Shown piece after piece: positions 25,818 through 36,523 of a DNA stretch of 64,000 nucleotides. The notes beneath the pieces were generated by a model. It searched no databases. It was not told the DNA's origin and saw only the letters and a program-made list of their open reading frames with translations. The translations under genes were made by a program, and so were the position numbers. The stretch is from Fidelibacterota bacterium (lineage in GTDB: Bacteria; Fidelibacterota; Marinisomatia; Marinisomatales; Marinisomataceae). Where the stretch lies: the NCBI GenBank assembly GCA_965212055.1, contig OZ243041.1:288001-352000 (forward strand), given 5' to 3'. Every line of letters begins with the position of its first letter. Within the stretch, counting starts at the first letter, position 1.

Positions 25818-26652
25818 TATCTATCCAAAAGTACATGTTATTGTTCTTAATTGGAATAATAAGGAATTAACTGAACAGTGTTTACTATCGATTCAACGAA
25901 TTGATTATCCTAATTATGAAATTTTGATTGTTGATAATAATTCTTCTGATGGTTCTGTTGAACTTTTCAAGAATCATTTTCCAGATGTTAAATTATTATC
26001 TCTAGACAAAAATTTGAAGTATGCTGGAGGAAATAATGCCGCTATTGACTACCTCTCATTCAATGAGGATGATTTCTTTCTTTTTTTAAATAATGATACC
26101 CTTGTTAGTAGAGATTTTCTTCATCATTTAATTAATCCTTTCTTAAATGATTCTGACTGTATCATCTCTGTACCAAAGATTTTATTTTCTAAAGATACCA
26201 ATAGAGTATGGTATGCTGGAGGTCTAGTCAGTTTTTGGAAGGGAATCATTAATCATATTGGAATAAGAGAATTGGACGGTCCAAGATATTCTTTTCCAAT
26301 GGAAACAATGTATGCTACTGGATGTTGCTTATGTATAAAAGCATCTGATTTTGAGAAATTAAATCGTTTTGATAATGCCTTTACCATGTACTGTGAAGAT
26401 GTTGATTTAAGTGTGAGAGCTAAACAAGGAAATAATAAGATTATATATTCTCCGGAATCAATTATACTACATAGTGTTTCTCAATCATTGGGGGATAATT
26501 CTTTTGAAAAAATAAGAATGAAATTATTAAATCAAATCAGGTTATTTTGGAAACATGCATCAGGCATACAATTAATTACGATAACTTTGTATTGGATATT
26601 TTTTTATTTGCCAGGCGGGTTCTTGAAGTGGATATATTTTAAATTAAGATAG
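25807..26652 (+). CDS. GT2 family glycosyltransferase
   Basis: VLNWN, VDNNSSDGS, LNNDT, YCEDVD. Confidence 0.9.
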   Translation: MEDNIYPKVHVIVLNWNNKELTEQCLLSIQRIDYPNYEILIVDNNSSDGSVELFKNHFPDVKLLSLDKNLKYAGGNNAAIDYLSFNEDDFFLFLNNDTLVSRDFLHHLINPFLNDSDCIISVPKILFSKDTNRVWYAGGLVSFWKGIINHIGIRELDGPRYSFPMETMYATGCCLCIKASDFEKLNRFDNAFTMYCEDVDLSVRAKQGNNKIIYSPESIILHSVSQSLGDNSFEKIRMKLLNQIRLFWKHASGIQLITITLYWIFFYLPGGFLKWIYFKLR

Positions 26653-26654
26653 TT

Positions 26655-28199
26655 ATGAGTAATAATGTTATAGGAAGAAAGGTAGCTAAAGAAGCATCTA
26701 TATCATTTGGTGGTATGGGGATGGGTTCTTTATTCCGTTATTTATTCTCAATAATGATGGCTAGATGGCTTGGACCTCAAATGTTGGGTATTTATTCTCT
26801 TGGAAATGCTGTTACTCGTATTGGAGAAATTTTTGGTATTATGGGTCTTGATAATGGAGTCCTTCGTTATGTGAGTCGAGAAAAAGAAAAAAATGATAAA
26901 GTAAATAATAGTATTTACTCATCTATTAAGATGGGATTTGTATCTAGCATTATTATTGGAGTGTTAGTTTATTTTTGTTCTGATTGGATTGTATTCACTT
27001 TATTCAATGAAGATAAATTTTTATCTACGGTTATCAAAGTCTATGCTCTTACACTACCTTTTACAGTAACAACTTTGATTGCTTCCTTTGCTACTCAAGG
27101 ATTTAAAATATTAAAGTATAAGGTTTTTGTTAATCAGATTATTAATCCATTTACATTATTGCTTACCATGATACTTTCCTATCTATATTTTGGACCAGAA
27201 ATTGCGATTTTAGCCCCTACAGTTGTTTCTGCTATAATTGGTTTCTTTTTGATCTTATTTTACTTGAAGAGGTTTGTTGATATCAGTGTTAAAAAAGTTA
27301 TTAATGCTAAAATTGATACTAAAATTTTGAGATTTTCTCTTCCTTTAATGTTTGTTTCTGCAATTGGTATTATTATGCATTGGACTGACATAATTATGCT
27401 TGGAATCTTGAAGGATGCTGAGAATGTTGGTCTATATCATCCCGTAGAACGTACCGCTGGGTTAATAAGAATGATTTTATTTGCGTTCGCAAGTATTTTT
27501 GCACCACTTTTTTCTCAATACTTTCATGAAGGGAATCAGAAGAAAATGGTGGAAGTATTTCAGTTGTCCACCAAATGGATTTTATTAACAAGCTTGCCTT
27601 TATTTATATTCTTAATTTTGTTTTCAAATACAATATTGATGCTTTTTGGATCTGAATTTCTTTTTGGATCTGAATTTGGTTATAATGCGCTTGCTCTACC
27701 AATATTAACAGTAGGAATTATGATTCAAGCTGTTTTTGGATTAGGATCTCCATCCCTTACAATGAGTGGGTTTCAAAAATATAATCTTATTAATGCTTTA
27801 GTCGCACTTTTTACAAACATTTTCTTAAATATCATGTTGATTGAAAAGTTTGGTATTGCTGGAGCAGCAATGGGAACAACCATTGCTCTTTTCTTAATTA
27901 GTTTATTAAGATTCTTTGAAAATTATTCTTTGTTGAAACTGAATTTGTTATCAACAAAATTGCTTAAACCAGTCGGTGCTGGAATATTAACAACGATTAT
28001 TGTTTGTTTTTTAAAACCATATATGTTTGAATCAGGCTATTTTGATTACCATTCTTCTATATTACATCTCATAATTTATCTTTTGTTGGGAGCACTCTTT
28101 ATCCTATTAGTCTATGTGATATTAATATGGATATTTAGATTAGATGATGAGGACAAAGATATAGTACAGGTCATCACCAATAGGCTATTGAGTAAATAA
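26655..28199 (+). CDS. Wzx-type oligosaccharide flippase
   Basis: About 14 TMs, ARWLG..LGIYSL, DIIMLG....VGLY, FGIAGAA. Confidence 0.88.
   Translation: MSNNVIGRKVAKEASISFGGMGMGSLFRYLFSIMMARWLGPQMLGIYSLGNAVTRIGEIFGIMGLDNGVLRYVSREKEKNDKVNNSIYSSIKMGFVSSIIIGVLVYFCSDWIVFTLFNEDKFLSTVIKVYALTLPFTVTTLIASFATQGFKILKYKVFVNQIINPFTLLLTMILSYLYFGPEIAILAPTVVSAIIGFFLILFYLKRFVDISVKKVINAKIDTKILRFSLPLMFVSAIGIIMHWTDIIMLGILKDAENVGLYHPVERTAGLIRMILFAFASIFAPLFSQYFHEGNQKKMVEVFQLSTKWILLTSLPLFIFLILFSNTILMLFGSEFLFGSEFGYNALALPILTVGIMIQAVFGLGSPSLTMSGFQKYNLINALVALFTNIFLNIMLIEKFGIAGAAMGTTIALFLISLLRFFENYSLLKLNLLSTKLLKPVGAGILTTIIVCFLKPYMFESGYFDYHSSILHLIIYLLLGALFILLVYVILIWIFRLDDEDKDIVQVITNRLLSK
27642..27677 (+). repeat. Exact 18-bp in-frame tandem duplication in the flippase
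   Basis: CTTTTTGGATCTGAATTT x2, encoding LFGSEF twice. Confidence 0.92.
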
Positions 28200-30271
28200 T
28201 GAATAAATATCTTTTACTATTCTTTTATTTCTTAGCAGTGGCAATATTATTTTATCCTGTTATTTTTCAAAACAACACTTTCGGTTCTGGAGATACACTC
28301 AATCCATATGCTATTAATCATATACTAGATATATATAAAGATAAAATAGGGCAGTGGCCTTTATGGCAGCCTTGGATCTTTTCTGGAATGCCAACGGTTG
28401 AAGCTTTTACTTATATCAATCAGTTATATATTCCAACCACCATTTTAACTTGGTTAGGATTTTCTGACAATGGCATCCAATTTATTCATCTAATTTTTTC
28501 TGCGATGGGTATGTATTTATTAATGAAGCAATTTAAAATGAATTCGTTGATATCTTTTTCAATTAGTCTACTATGGATGCTAAATCCATTTTTAATAACT
28601 ATGATTGTCTTTGGGCATGGTAGCCAAATGATGACAGTAGCCTATATTCCTTGGATTATTTATGCGATAAACAATTTATATCGCAATACATCCTTAAGGA
28701 ATGCATTGATTCTTGCGTTATTGATTGGTTTGCAGCTTCAAAGAGGTCATATTCAGATAGCCTATTATTCTTGGATGTTGTTTGGTGCTTATTTTTTATA
28801 TCATGATTGTTATTATATCAAGAATAAGGTTATAAACTATAAATATGTCATTTCCTTTGTTGTTGCGTGCATAATTGGTTTTCTTTTATCCTCACATATA
28901 TATTATCCATCATTAGAATACACATCTGAATCGATTAGATCTGGAGGAATGTTAGGTTATGATTATGCAACAAATTGGTCAATGCATCCTAAAGAATTGA
29001 TAACCTATCTTTTTCCTTATTATTATGGGTTTGGAGGCGAGAATTATTCTGGATTTATGCCATTTACTGATTATCCAAACTATGTTGGATTTTTTGTTCT
29101 ACTATTTGCGTTATTATCGTTTTTGAATCTTGATAATCGAAGAATATTTTTTGGATCAATTTTAATTTTATCTATCCTGCTTTCATTTGGGAAATATTTT
29201 AGTATCATATTTGACCTGTTTTATAATTTTTTCCCATTTTTTGACAAGTTTCGTGTCCCAAGCATGATTTTGATTATAAGTAATTTCTGTCTCTATGTAT
29301 TAGCAGGATTTGGTTTAATGGATATGGTCAAACGATTGAATCTAAAAGACATCAAGGCAAAATATCTTATTCTTACATTTTTGGCTATTTCTGTTTTAGA
29401 TATTTATAGAATTGATAAGAATATTATTCATCCTGATAAGAATTCAGGGCAAAAATCACAATTAATTTCTAATAAAAAGTTTGATTCTTTTTTCGTTGAA
29501 GATGAATTGATTGATTTTTTAAAAAATGATTCCGATTTATACAGAGTATATCCTGTGGGTCGTCTTTTTCAAGATCCAAAACTAAAGTTCTATGGAATCG
29601 AATCTGTTGGAGGTTATCATCCTGCAAAGTTTAGGCACTATAATGATTTATTAAACAAGTCTGATAATCTATCTTATTTTCCATTTTTACAATTTTTAAA
29701 TGTCAAATATATGTTAAGTCCAAATGAATTGAGAGAATATGATCAATTAAAATTAGTGAATACAGTTCCTTATAGATCTGCTGTGGGGAATATGGATTTA
29801 AAAATTTATGAAATTAAAAATAATCTTGATAGAGCTTGGTTTGTTAATAAGATTGTTAAAGAAGATTTATATGAATATTTAAAAAATAATCCATTTTATC
29901 CAGAAGACACTGCTATTGTAAAAGAATTGGATTCACAGAAATTTACAAAAGGAAAGGTTTTGAATATTGATTGGGATATCCATGAATTAACCATTGATGT
30001 TGAAACAACTGATAAATCATTTTTAGTGGTAAGTGAAATTTATTATCCACAGAGGTGGAAGCTTACTATTGATAATAAGCCATCTAAAACTTTCCAAGTG
30101 AATAATGTTTTAAGAGGCGTAATAGTTGATGCTGGTAAGCATCAAATTCAATTCAAATATGAATCAAAAAGTTTTAAATATTTACATATCTTATCCAATA
30201 GTATTGTGATATTAATACTTTTTTTATTAGCAGTACCATTCGCAATGCGCTTGTTAAAAAAGAATAGCTAA
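28199..30271 (+). CDS. YfhO family membrane protein (GT-C-like)
   Basis: PLWQPWIFSGMP, FRVP, C-terminal FLVVSEIYYP.RW and LRGV.V.AGKH domain. Confidence 0.85.
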   Translation: MNKYLLLFFYFLAVAILFYPVIFQNNTFGSGDTLNPYAINHILDIYKDKIGQWPLWQPWIFSGMPTVEAFTYINQLYIPTTILTWLGFSDNGIQFIHLIFSAMGMYLLMKQFKMNSLISFSISLLWMLNPFLITMIVFGHGSQMMTVAYIPWIIYAINNLYRNTSLRNALILALLIGLQLQRGHIQIAYYSWMLFGAYFLYHDCYYIKNKVINYKYVISFVVACIIGFLLSSHIYYPSLEYTSESIRSGGMLGYDYATNWSMHPKELITYLFPYYYGFGGENYSGFMPFTDYPNYVGFFVLLFALLSFLNLDNRRIFFGSILILSILLSFGKYFSIIFDLFYNFFPFFDKFRVPSMILIISNFCLYVLAGFGLMDMVKRLNLKDIKAKYLILTFLAISVLDIYRIDKNIIHPDKNSGQKSQLISNKKFDSFFVEDELIDFLKNDSDLYRVYPVGRLFQDPKLKFYGIESVGGYHPAKFRHYNDLLNKSDNLSYFPFLQFLNVKYMLSPNELREYDQLKLVNTVPYRSAVGNMDLKIYEIKNNLDRAWFVNKIVKEDLYEYLKNNPFYPEDTAIVKELDSQKFTKGKVLNIDWDIHELTIDVETTDKSFLVVSEIYYPQRWKLTIDNKPSKTFQVNNVLRGVIVDAGKHQIQFKYESKSFKYLHILSNSIVILILFLLAVPFAMRLLKKNS

Positions 30272-30279
30272 ACTAACTT
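30251..30279 (+). promoter_or_regulatory. Putative sigma70 promoter of yajC (leaderless geometry)
   Basis: TTGTTA-17 nt-TAACTT, 6 nt before ATG 30286. Confidence 0.55.
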
Positions 30280-30285
30280 TGCTGT

Positions 30286-30615
30286 ATGTTAATAAATAAA
30301 CTAATAATTCAGGAATCACAGACGACATTTTTTGATGCTTTGTTGCAACAATTACCATTTTTTCTGATATTTTTTGTTATTTGGTATTTTATGTTAAGAC
30401 CTAATATGAAAAAGAAAGAAAATTTGCAGCAAATGCAATCAAATCTTAAGAAAGGAGATAGAGTAATTACTATTGGCGGAATTCACGGAAAAGTAATTCA
30501 AGTTAAAAATAACAAAGTAGTCTTAAGGGTATCAAATAATAGCGAAATTACTGTTGATACTGTTGCTATAAGCCAATTATCTAATCTGAATAAGAAAGAA
30601 TCAGATGGCAGTTAA
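30286..30615 (+). CDS. yajC: Preprotein translocase subunit YajC
   Basis: TM followed by YFMLRP, LKKGDRVITIGGIHG. Confidence 0.95.
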   Translation: MLINKLIIQESQTTFFDALLQQLPFFLIFFVIWYFMLRPNMKKKENLQQMQSNLKKGDRVITIGGIHGKVIQVKNNKVVLRVSNNSEITVDTVAISQLSNLNKKESDGS

Positions 30616-31126
30616 AAAAGTGGTAACATATGGTCACCCTGTCTTAAGAAAGGTGTCTTCTGATATAACTGATTTTTCAAATATTGATTCTTTAATCCAA
30701 GATTTATTTGATACAATGTATGAATTTGATGGTATAGGGCTAGCATCAAACCAAATTGGAATTGACAAAAGAATATTTGTTGTCGATATATCACATATGG
30801 AAGAATCTGATGAAGAATCTGACAAACCTTTGGTATTTATTAATGGGAGAGTTGATAATACTGTTGGTTCTGATGTTGATTCAGAAGGCTGCTTATCTCT
30901 TCCAGAAATAAGAATTAATGTTGAAAGGTATGAGTCAATTAGGTACAAATATCTTGATAGAGATTTAAACAAACATTCAACAAATTTTTCTGGTCTATTA
31001 GCAAGAATAATTCAACATGAGAATGATCATCTAGACGGGAAATTAATTACCGATTATGCCACTCCTGCTGATTTGCTTAAGCATGGTAAAGCTCTTGAAC
31101 TGATGAGGGCAGAAAACACCAAATAA
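30605..31126 (+). CDS. def: Peptide deformylase
   Basis: GIGLASNQ, EGCLSLP, QHENDHL. Confidence 0.97.
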   Translation: MAVKKVVTYGHPVLRKVSSDITDFSNIDSLIQDLFDTMYEFDGIGLASNQIGIDKRIFVVDISHMEESDEESDKPLVFINGRVDNTVGSDVDSEGCLSLPEIRINVERYESIRYKYLDRDLNKHSTNFSGLLARIIQHENDHLDGKLITDYATPADLLKHGKALELMRAENTK

Positions 31127-31130
31127 CTTT

Positions 31131-32054
31131 ATGAAAATAATTTTTTTCGGAAACACAGAGTTTTCAAATCCTACACTTGAAAAATGTAACGCTTCCTTTG
31201 ATATAGTTTCTGTTGTGACAAATTCCTCAAAGAAAATGGGTAGAGGAAGACATTTTTCAGATACTCCAGTAAAGATATTAGCTGATAGATTAAAAATTAA
31301 TGTAATACAGGTTGAGAATTTGGAAGACAAAGATTTTGTTCAAGAATTAAAAGATTTAAAACCTGATTTATTTATTGTAGTTGCTTATAAGATATTACCA
31401 AAGTTGTTATTGAGTATTCCAACGATGGGAGCAATTAATTTACACTCTTCTCTATTGCCAAAATATAGAGGAGCTGCACCAATCCAGAGATCAATTCTTA
31501 ATCACGATAAAATTACTGGAATTTCAACCTTTCTTATAGAGCCTAAAGTTGATACTGGAAGAATATTGATGCAAAAAGAATGTCAGATTTCAGATAATGA
31601 TAATTATGGAAGTCTATCATCAAAATTAAGCAATATAGGAGCACAACTTATTGTCGAATCTATTGAAAAATATTCTAGAGGAGATATTTCTCCAATCACA
31701 CAAGATGAAAAATTTGTTACTTTAGCTCCAAAAATTAAGAAAGAAGAACATATTATTGATTGGAACCAAGATGTGGCTATAATTGATGCTCAGATTAAAG
31801 CATTCAGTCCATATCCTGGAGCTTATACTATGATTGATGGAAAAAGACTGAAAATATTTGAGGCAAAAATGACAAAAGGGATAAATTATAAAGAAGTTGG
31901 AAAAATAATTAATTTATCTAAAACTTGTTTTGAAGTTACATGTCTTTCAGGTTCATTAAAAGTTTACGAAGTTCAAATAGAAGGAAAAAGAAGAATGTCT
32001 TCAAAAGATTTTATGATAGGGATATCTAATCTAGAAAATGTTATACTTGGTTAA
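31131..32054 (+). CDS. fmt: Methionyl-tRNA formyltransferase
   Basis: NLHSSLLPKYRGAAPIQ; follows def. Confidence 0.96.
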   Translation: MKIIFFGNTEFSNPTLEKCNASFDIVSVVTNSSKKMGRGRHFSDTPVKILADRLKINVIQVENLEDKDFVQELKDLKPDLFIVVAYKILPKLLLSIPTMGAINLHSSLLPKYRGAAPIQRSILNHDKITGISTFLIEPKVDTGRILMQKECQISDNDNYGSLSSKLSNIGAQLIVESIEKYSRGDISPITQDEKFVTLAPKIKKEEHIIDWNQDVAIIDAQIKAFSPYPGAYTMIDGKRLKIFEAKMTKGINYKEVGKIINLSKTCFEVTCLSGSLKVYEVQIEGKRRMSSKDFMIGISNLENVILG

Positions 32055-32771
32055 ATGAAGCTTATTAAAGAAATCGGAATTTTCATCGCTACTGGTCTGT
32101 TGTTAGTAGCATTATTTAATTATTTACTAATGCCACTTTATATTAATGAGCAGAATACTGTTTTGACGCCTAATCTAGGAGGTTTAGATATTAATGAAGC
32201 AAAATCTATAACTAAATCAGAAGGCGTAGAAATTGTGATTGCTGATACAATTTTTACTAATGATATCAATCCAAATATTGTACTTGAACAGTACCCAGCA
32301 GCTGGAAAAGAAGTAAAGTCAGGTAGAGAAATTAAACTCAAAATTACGCATCTAAACAAAAAAGTATTGGTGCCTGATTTGCTAGGAAAAACTCTAAGAG
32401 CTTCAGAGATAGAATTAAACCAACTTGGCATAGAAGTTGATTCAGTTTATTATTCTTTTAATCCGAATTATCCAAAGGGAATTATTTCATGGCAATCTCC
32501 TACAGCTTTAGATAGTATTAGAAAAGGCTTTGGAATGAGATTAGAAGTGAGTAGAGGATTAGCACCAAACGATTTTGTGGCAGTACCAAATTTAATTGGT
32601 TTATTTTATAGCGAAGGTCTAGAAAAAATAGAAAATTCAAACTTAAAAGAAGGATCCATTAAGTTTGTTGATTACAAAAAGTCAGTACCAAATATTATTT
32701 TGAATCAGAATCCAAAAGAAGGTACAAAAGTTTCTCAAAATAGTAGAATTAACTTAATTATTAGCAAATAA
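32055..32771 (+). CDS. Membrane-anchored protein with three PASTA domains
   Basis: N-terminal TM; repeats TPNLGG, VPDLLG, VPNLIG each followed by Q.P. Confidence 0.88.
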   Translation: MKLIKEIGIFIATGLLLVALFNYLLMPLYINEQNTVLTPNLGGLDINEAKSITKSEGVEIVIADTIFTNDINPNIVLEQYPAAGKEVKSGREIKLKITHLNKKVLVPDLLGKTLRASEIELNQLGIEVDSVYYSFNPNYPKGIISWQSPTALDSIRKGFGMRLEVSRGLAPNDFVAVPNLIGLFYSEGLEKIENSNLKEGSIKFVDYKKSVPNIILNQNPKEGTKVSQNSRINLIISK

Positions 32772-33856
32772 TGATGTCTTTTGATCATGTAGAAATTCTT
32801 TGGTGTTTAATCTTTATTTTAGTTCCAATCTATCTACTAAAGAATAATCTTATATCTAAGTCTTATTTCTATATTCAATTCATATCAATTATATTTCTTT
32901 GTTTATTTCTAGCAGAACCTCATATAAACGAATCTTCGGAATCATTTGATGAGTCATCTTTTTTATATGATTTAGATTTCAATGATTATGATATAATGAA
33001 TGCTGATTCCCTAGCTTATCAGTTAAAAATTGATATAAAAAATCCAAAAGTTGATAATATTAATATGTTAATATCTAATGGTTCTACCATTTATGAGACG
33101 TTAAATATTATTAATATTGATTCTACTCAGATTATTAACGGATCTTTACCTTTAAATAACAGTGACAGCCTCTTTCAAATTTCGTTTTTACATGGAAACA
33201 ATGTCATTACAAATCTTTATCATTCAATTCCTGAGAAAAAGAATATCAAAATTGGATCATTTTTTCCAAACCAAAGCATTTTAGAGAACCATTCTTTTTT
33301 ATTTAACAAAGATTTTATTACCAATGAAAATTTTATATACGATGAATTCCAAAAATACAATTTCCAAGATAAAGAAATTATTATTTTAAATGATATTGAT
33401 AATTTGTCAAACCAGTCAGTAGTAGACTTACAGAAATTTCTGTTGAATAATGGATTTATAATAGTTTTCCTCAGTCCTAGTTTTGGGAATAATAAGGATT
33501 TAATATATAGTTTAGATTATCCGGATATAAAAGCGGTCAGAGGGTCATCACGAAATCAATTTTTTACAATTGAGGATGTTGATTTTGTTAATAAAGATTT
33601 TTTAGCGATTGATGAGATATTTACTAAGTCAAAAATTTATCGGTATGTTCAGTTAGAGAATGATGAGAATTTGTTTTCCAAGATTTCTTTTTCTACAGAT
33701 GATCCATTATTATTAGAAAAAGAAGTTTTAAATGGAAAAATATTTTTTATAACAACAAAAATAAATTCAGATTGGTCAAATGCAGATTTTAAATCGGTTT
33801 TATCAGATATTCTTGATAGAATATTATTTCAAAAAATGATTTCAAATGCATTCTAG
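32771..33856 (+). CDS. Hypothetical membrane-anchored protein, BatA-like N-terminal TM pair
   Basis: F....LW.L..ILVPI followed by LFLAEP; remainder unassigned. Confidence 0.5.
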   Translation: MMSFDHVEILWCLIFILVPIYLLKNNLISKSYFYIQFISIIFLCLFLAEPHINESSESFDESSFLYDLDFNDYDIMNADSLAYQLKIDIKNPKVDNINMLISNGSTIYETLNIINIDSTQIINGSLPLNNSDSLFQISFLHGNNVITNLYHSIPEKKNIKIGSFFPNQSILENHSFLFNKDFITNENFIYDEFQKYNFQDKEIIILNDIDNLSNQSVVDLQKFLLNNGFIIVFLSPSFGNNKDLIYSLDYPDIKAVRGSSRNQFFTIEDVDFVNKDFLAIDEIFTKSKIYRYVQLENDENLFSKISFSTDDPLLLEKEVLNGKIFFITTKINSDWSNADFKSVLSDILDRILFQKMISNAF

Positions 33857-34931
33857 AAAAGCAAAAGCTTTATTAGTAGCTCCAAGAATTTGGAATCGTA
33901 ACAAAAACTATAATCATAGCATAGAAGAATTATCTTTATTAGTAAATACGCTTGGATTAGATGTTTCTGGAACCATTAAGCAGAATCTAAAAAATATTAA
34001 TTCATCTTATTTTGTTGGATCTGGTAAGGCAAAACAAATTGTAGAACAAGCAAAAGCCTTAAAGATAGATTATATAATATTCGATGAAGATTTAACTCCT
34101 GTACAGATAAAGAATTTTCAGAAATTAAATAAAAACTTAAAGTTCATAGATAGAAGCGGGGTGATTTTAGAAATATTTTATAATAATGCGAAATCTAAAG
34201 AATCTAAGACTCAAGTTGAGTTGGCCAGATTGCAATACCAACTTCCAAGGCTAACAAGGATGTGGACGCACCTTGAAAGACAAATGGGTGGATTTGGTAC
34301 AAGGGCAGGTGCTGGAGAAACACAGATTGAGGTAGATAGAAGAATTTTAAGAAAGAGAATATCTCTTCTTAAGAAGAGGTTAAAACGTATTGATTCTGAA
34401 CGAGAAGTTCAAAGTAAGAAAAGAAAGAATTTTTTCCGAACTTCTTTAGTAGGGTATACCAATGTTGGTAAATCATCTTTGATGAAATCTTTGACTAAAA
34501 GTGATGTTGTAATCAAGAATCAATTGTTTGCTACCTTAGATACAACTGTAAGACGTCTTTTTATTGGTGAATCAAATTATATTTTATTAAGCGATACAGT
34601 TGGTTTTATTAGGAATCTTCCTAATAATTTGATAGCAAGTTTTAAATCTACTCTGCAAGAGGTAGTGGATTCAAATTTATTGCTAATTATTTTGGATGCC
34701 AATTCAAGCGATTTATACAATGAAATTGATACAATACAGAGCGTATTAACCGAAATTAGAGCAGAAAAAATCCCTTATCAGTATGTATTTAATAAAATTG
34801 ACCTTGTTGATGAAGATAAAATAAAGTATTTAAAAAATTCTTTTCCCGAATCTATTATGGTTTCTGCAACCAGATCTTTACAATTATCAGATATCAAAGC
34901 GACAATTAAAGAACATTATAAAAAATTCTAA
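33846..34931 (+). CDS. hflX: Ribosome-splitting GTPase HflX
   Basis: QVELARLQY.LPRL, GYTNVGKS, LFATLD, DTVGFI, NKID. Confidence 0.97.
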   Translation: MHSRKAKALLVAPRIWNRNKNYNHSIEELSLLVNTLGLDVSGTIKQNLKNINSSYFVGSGKAKQIVEQAKALKIDYIIFDEDLTPVQIKNFQKLNKNLKFIDRSGVILEIFYNNAKSKESKTQVELARLQYQLPRLTRMWTHLERQMGGFGTRAGAGETQIEVDRRILRKRISLLKKRLKRIDSEREVQSKKRKNFFRTSLVGYTNVGKSSLMKSLTKSDVVIKNQLFATLDTTVRRLFIGESNYILLSDTVGFIRNLPNNLIASFKSTLQEVVDSNLLLIILDANSSDLYNEIDTIQSVLTEIRAEKIPYQYVFNKIDLVDEDKIKYLKNSFPESIMVSATRSLQLSDIKATIKEHYKKF

Positions 34932-34943
34932 ATACTATTTAAT

Positions 34944-35180
34944 TTATAATAAGTAAGCACATTGTTGTGCATATCTTTCTATTGCCGAAGAAGGAATATT
35001 ATCCTCTGGTGTATAGCCAGCGCTTATTATTTTCTTTAGAGTACATTTACAGTAAGCTTCAGATACATAACCTCCACTGCTGCATATATCTACGTAATAA
35101 TCTTTTTGAGCGCTTGACCATCCACCACCACCACAAGATATTACAGAACCTAGTGCTAGTGTTATAATTATTTTTCTCAT
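34944..35180 (-). CDS. Small Cys-rich lipoprotein
   Basis: MRKIIITLALGSVISC signal/lipobox, then W..C..YCKC..C; ATG 35180 preferred over TTG 35186. Confidence 0.7.
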   Translation of the reverse strand: MRKIIITLALGSVISCGGGGWSSAQKDYYVDICSSGGYVSEAYCKCTLKKIISAGYTPEDNIPSSAIERYAQQCAYLL

Positions 35181-35214
35181 ACCCAAGTTTAATTCATTAA
35201 TTTGTTAGTAGTGA

Positions 35215-36483
35215 TTATTTTTTTAATTCTAAAGAATCCATTGCACAAGCAATTGTAGCATCGCCTGTAACATTCGTTGTGGTACGTATCATATCTAGAA
35301 TTCTATCGACACCTAATATTAATGCTATTCCTTGACTCGGAACATTAATTGCTTCCAAAATAATAACTAACATAATAATGCCCGCTCCAGGAACAGCAGC
35401 AGTACCGATTGATGCTAATACAGCAGTTGCTACGATGGTAAATTGATGTGCAGGTGTAAGATCCATTCCAACGGCTTGAGCAATAAATACAGCAGCTACT
35501 CCTTGATATAATGCAGTTCCATCCATATTAATTGTAGCACCTAATGGTAGTACAAAAGATGATATCTCTTTTGAAACTCCAAGATCTTTTTCACAACGTT
35601 TCATTGTTACTGGCAAAGTTGCTCCACTTGAACTTGTTGAAAATGCTACCAATTGTACTGGACCAATAGATTTAAAGAAGTGTTTGAGGCTTACATTGGT
35701 AAAAAGCTTAAGGATAGAAATGTAAGTGATTCCCATGTGAATAAATAATCCAACGATTACAACACCCATGTAAAATAATAGGGCAGATAAAATACCCCCT
35801 ATTTGAGACATATTACCAGAAACAGAACTAATAGTGCTGGCCATTAATGCGAATACCCCATAAGGAGCAAAATACATTATCATTTCTACTAGTTTTATAA
35901 TTAATTGGTTGATTCCTTTGAGAAATTCCAAAACAGGTTTTGAAAATTTCCGATCAATTCCAATTAATGCAATACCAAAAATGATTGATATAAATACTAC
36001 TTGAAGCATATTGCTATTATTAGATGCAGCAGAAAAGATATTGCTTGGAACCATATCTACTAATGGTTGTAATGGTCCGCTATTTTCTTGAACAGAATCA
36101 GCTTCATTTTGTTTACTAGTTACTTGGTCTCCATATTCATTTCTTAAAGTTTCTTGATAAGTTTCTGGTATGGCAGATCCAGGTTCAAGAACATTGACCA
36201 AGATTAATCCAATACTTACTGCAACTGCTGTAGTAGTAACATATAACAAGATTGTTTTTAATCCAATACGAGACAATTTTCTAGTGTCTGATAGTGAAGC
36301 AACCCCTGTAATTAGAGAAGAGATTACTAGTGGTACTGCAATTAATTTTAAGAGATTTAAAAAGATTTTTCCAAACGGAGATATAAAATTTGATGTGAAT
36401 TCTGACCATCCATTAAAGGCACTTGCTATTCCATAAGCTGTGCCAAGAAGTAGTCCTATTATTATTTTCCAGTGTAATTGCAT
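35215..36483 (-). CDS. Dicarboxylate/amino acid:cation symporter (DAACS, GltP-like)
   Basis: FSTSSSGATLP, GATINMDGTA, DRILDMIRT. Confidence 0.95.
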   Translation of the reverse strand: MQLHWKIIIGLLLGTAYGIASAFNGWSEFTSNFISPFGKIFLNLLKLIAVPLVISSLITGVASLSDTRKLSRIGLKTILLYVTTTAVAVSIGLILVNVLEPGSAIPETYQETLRNEYGDQVTSKQNEADSVQENSGPLQPLVDMVPSNIFSAASNNSNMLQVVFISIIFGIALIGIDRKFSKPVLEFLKGINQLIIKLVEMIMYFAPYGVFALMASTISSVSGNMSQIGGILSALLFYMGVVIVGLFIHMGITYISILKLFTNVSLKHFFKSIGPVQLVAFSTSSSGATLPVTMKRCEKDLGVSKEISSFVLPLGATINMDGTALYQGVAAVFIAQAVGMDLTPAHQFTIVATAVLASIGTAAVPGAGIIMLVIILEAINVPSQGIALILGVDRILDMIRTTTNVTGDATIACAMDSLELKK

Positions 36484-36523
36484 TAATTAAGAATAATATA
36501 TGTATTATGATTAAATTATTTCA

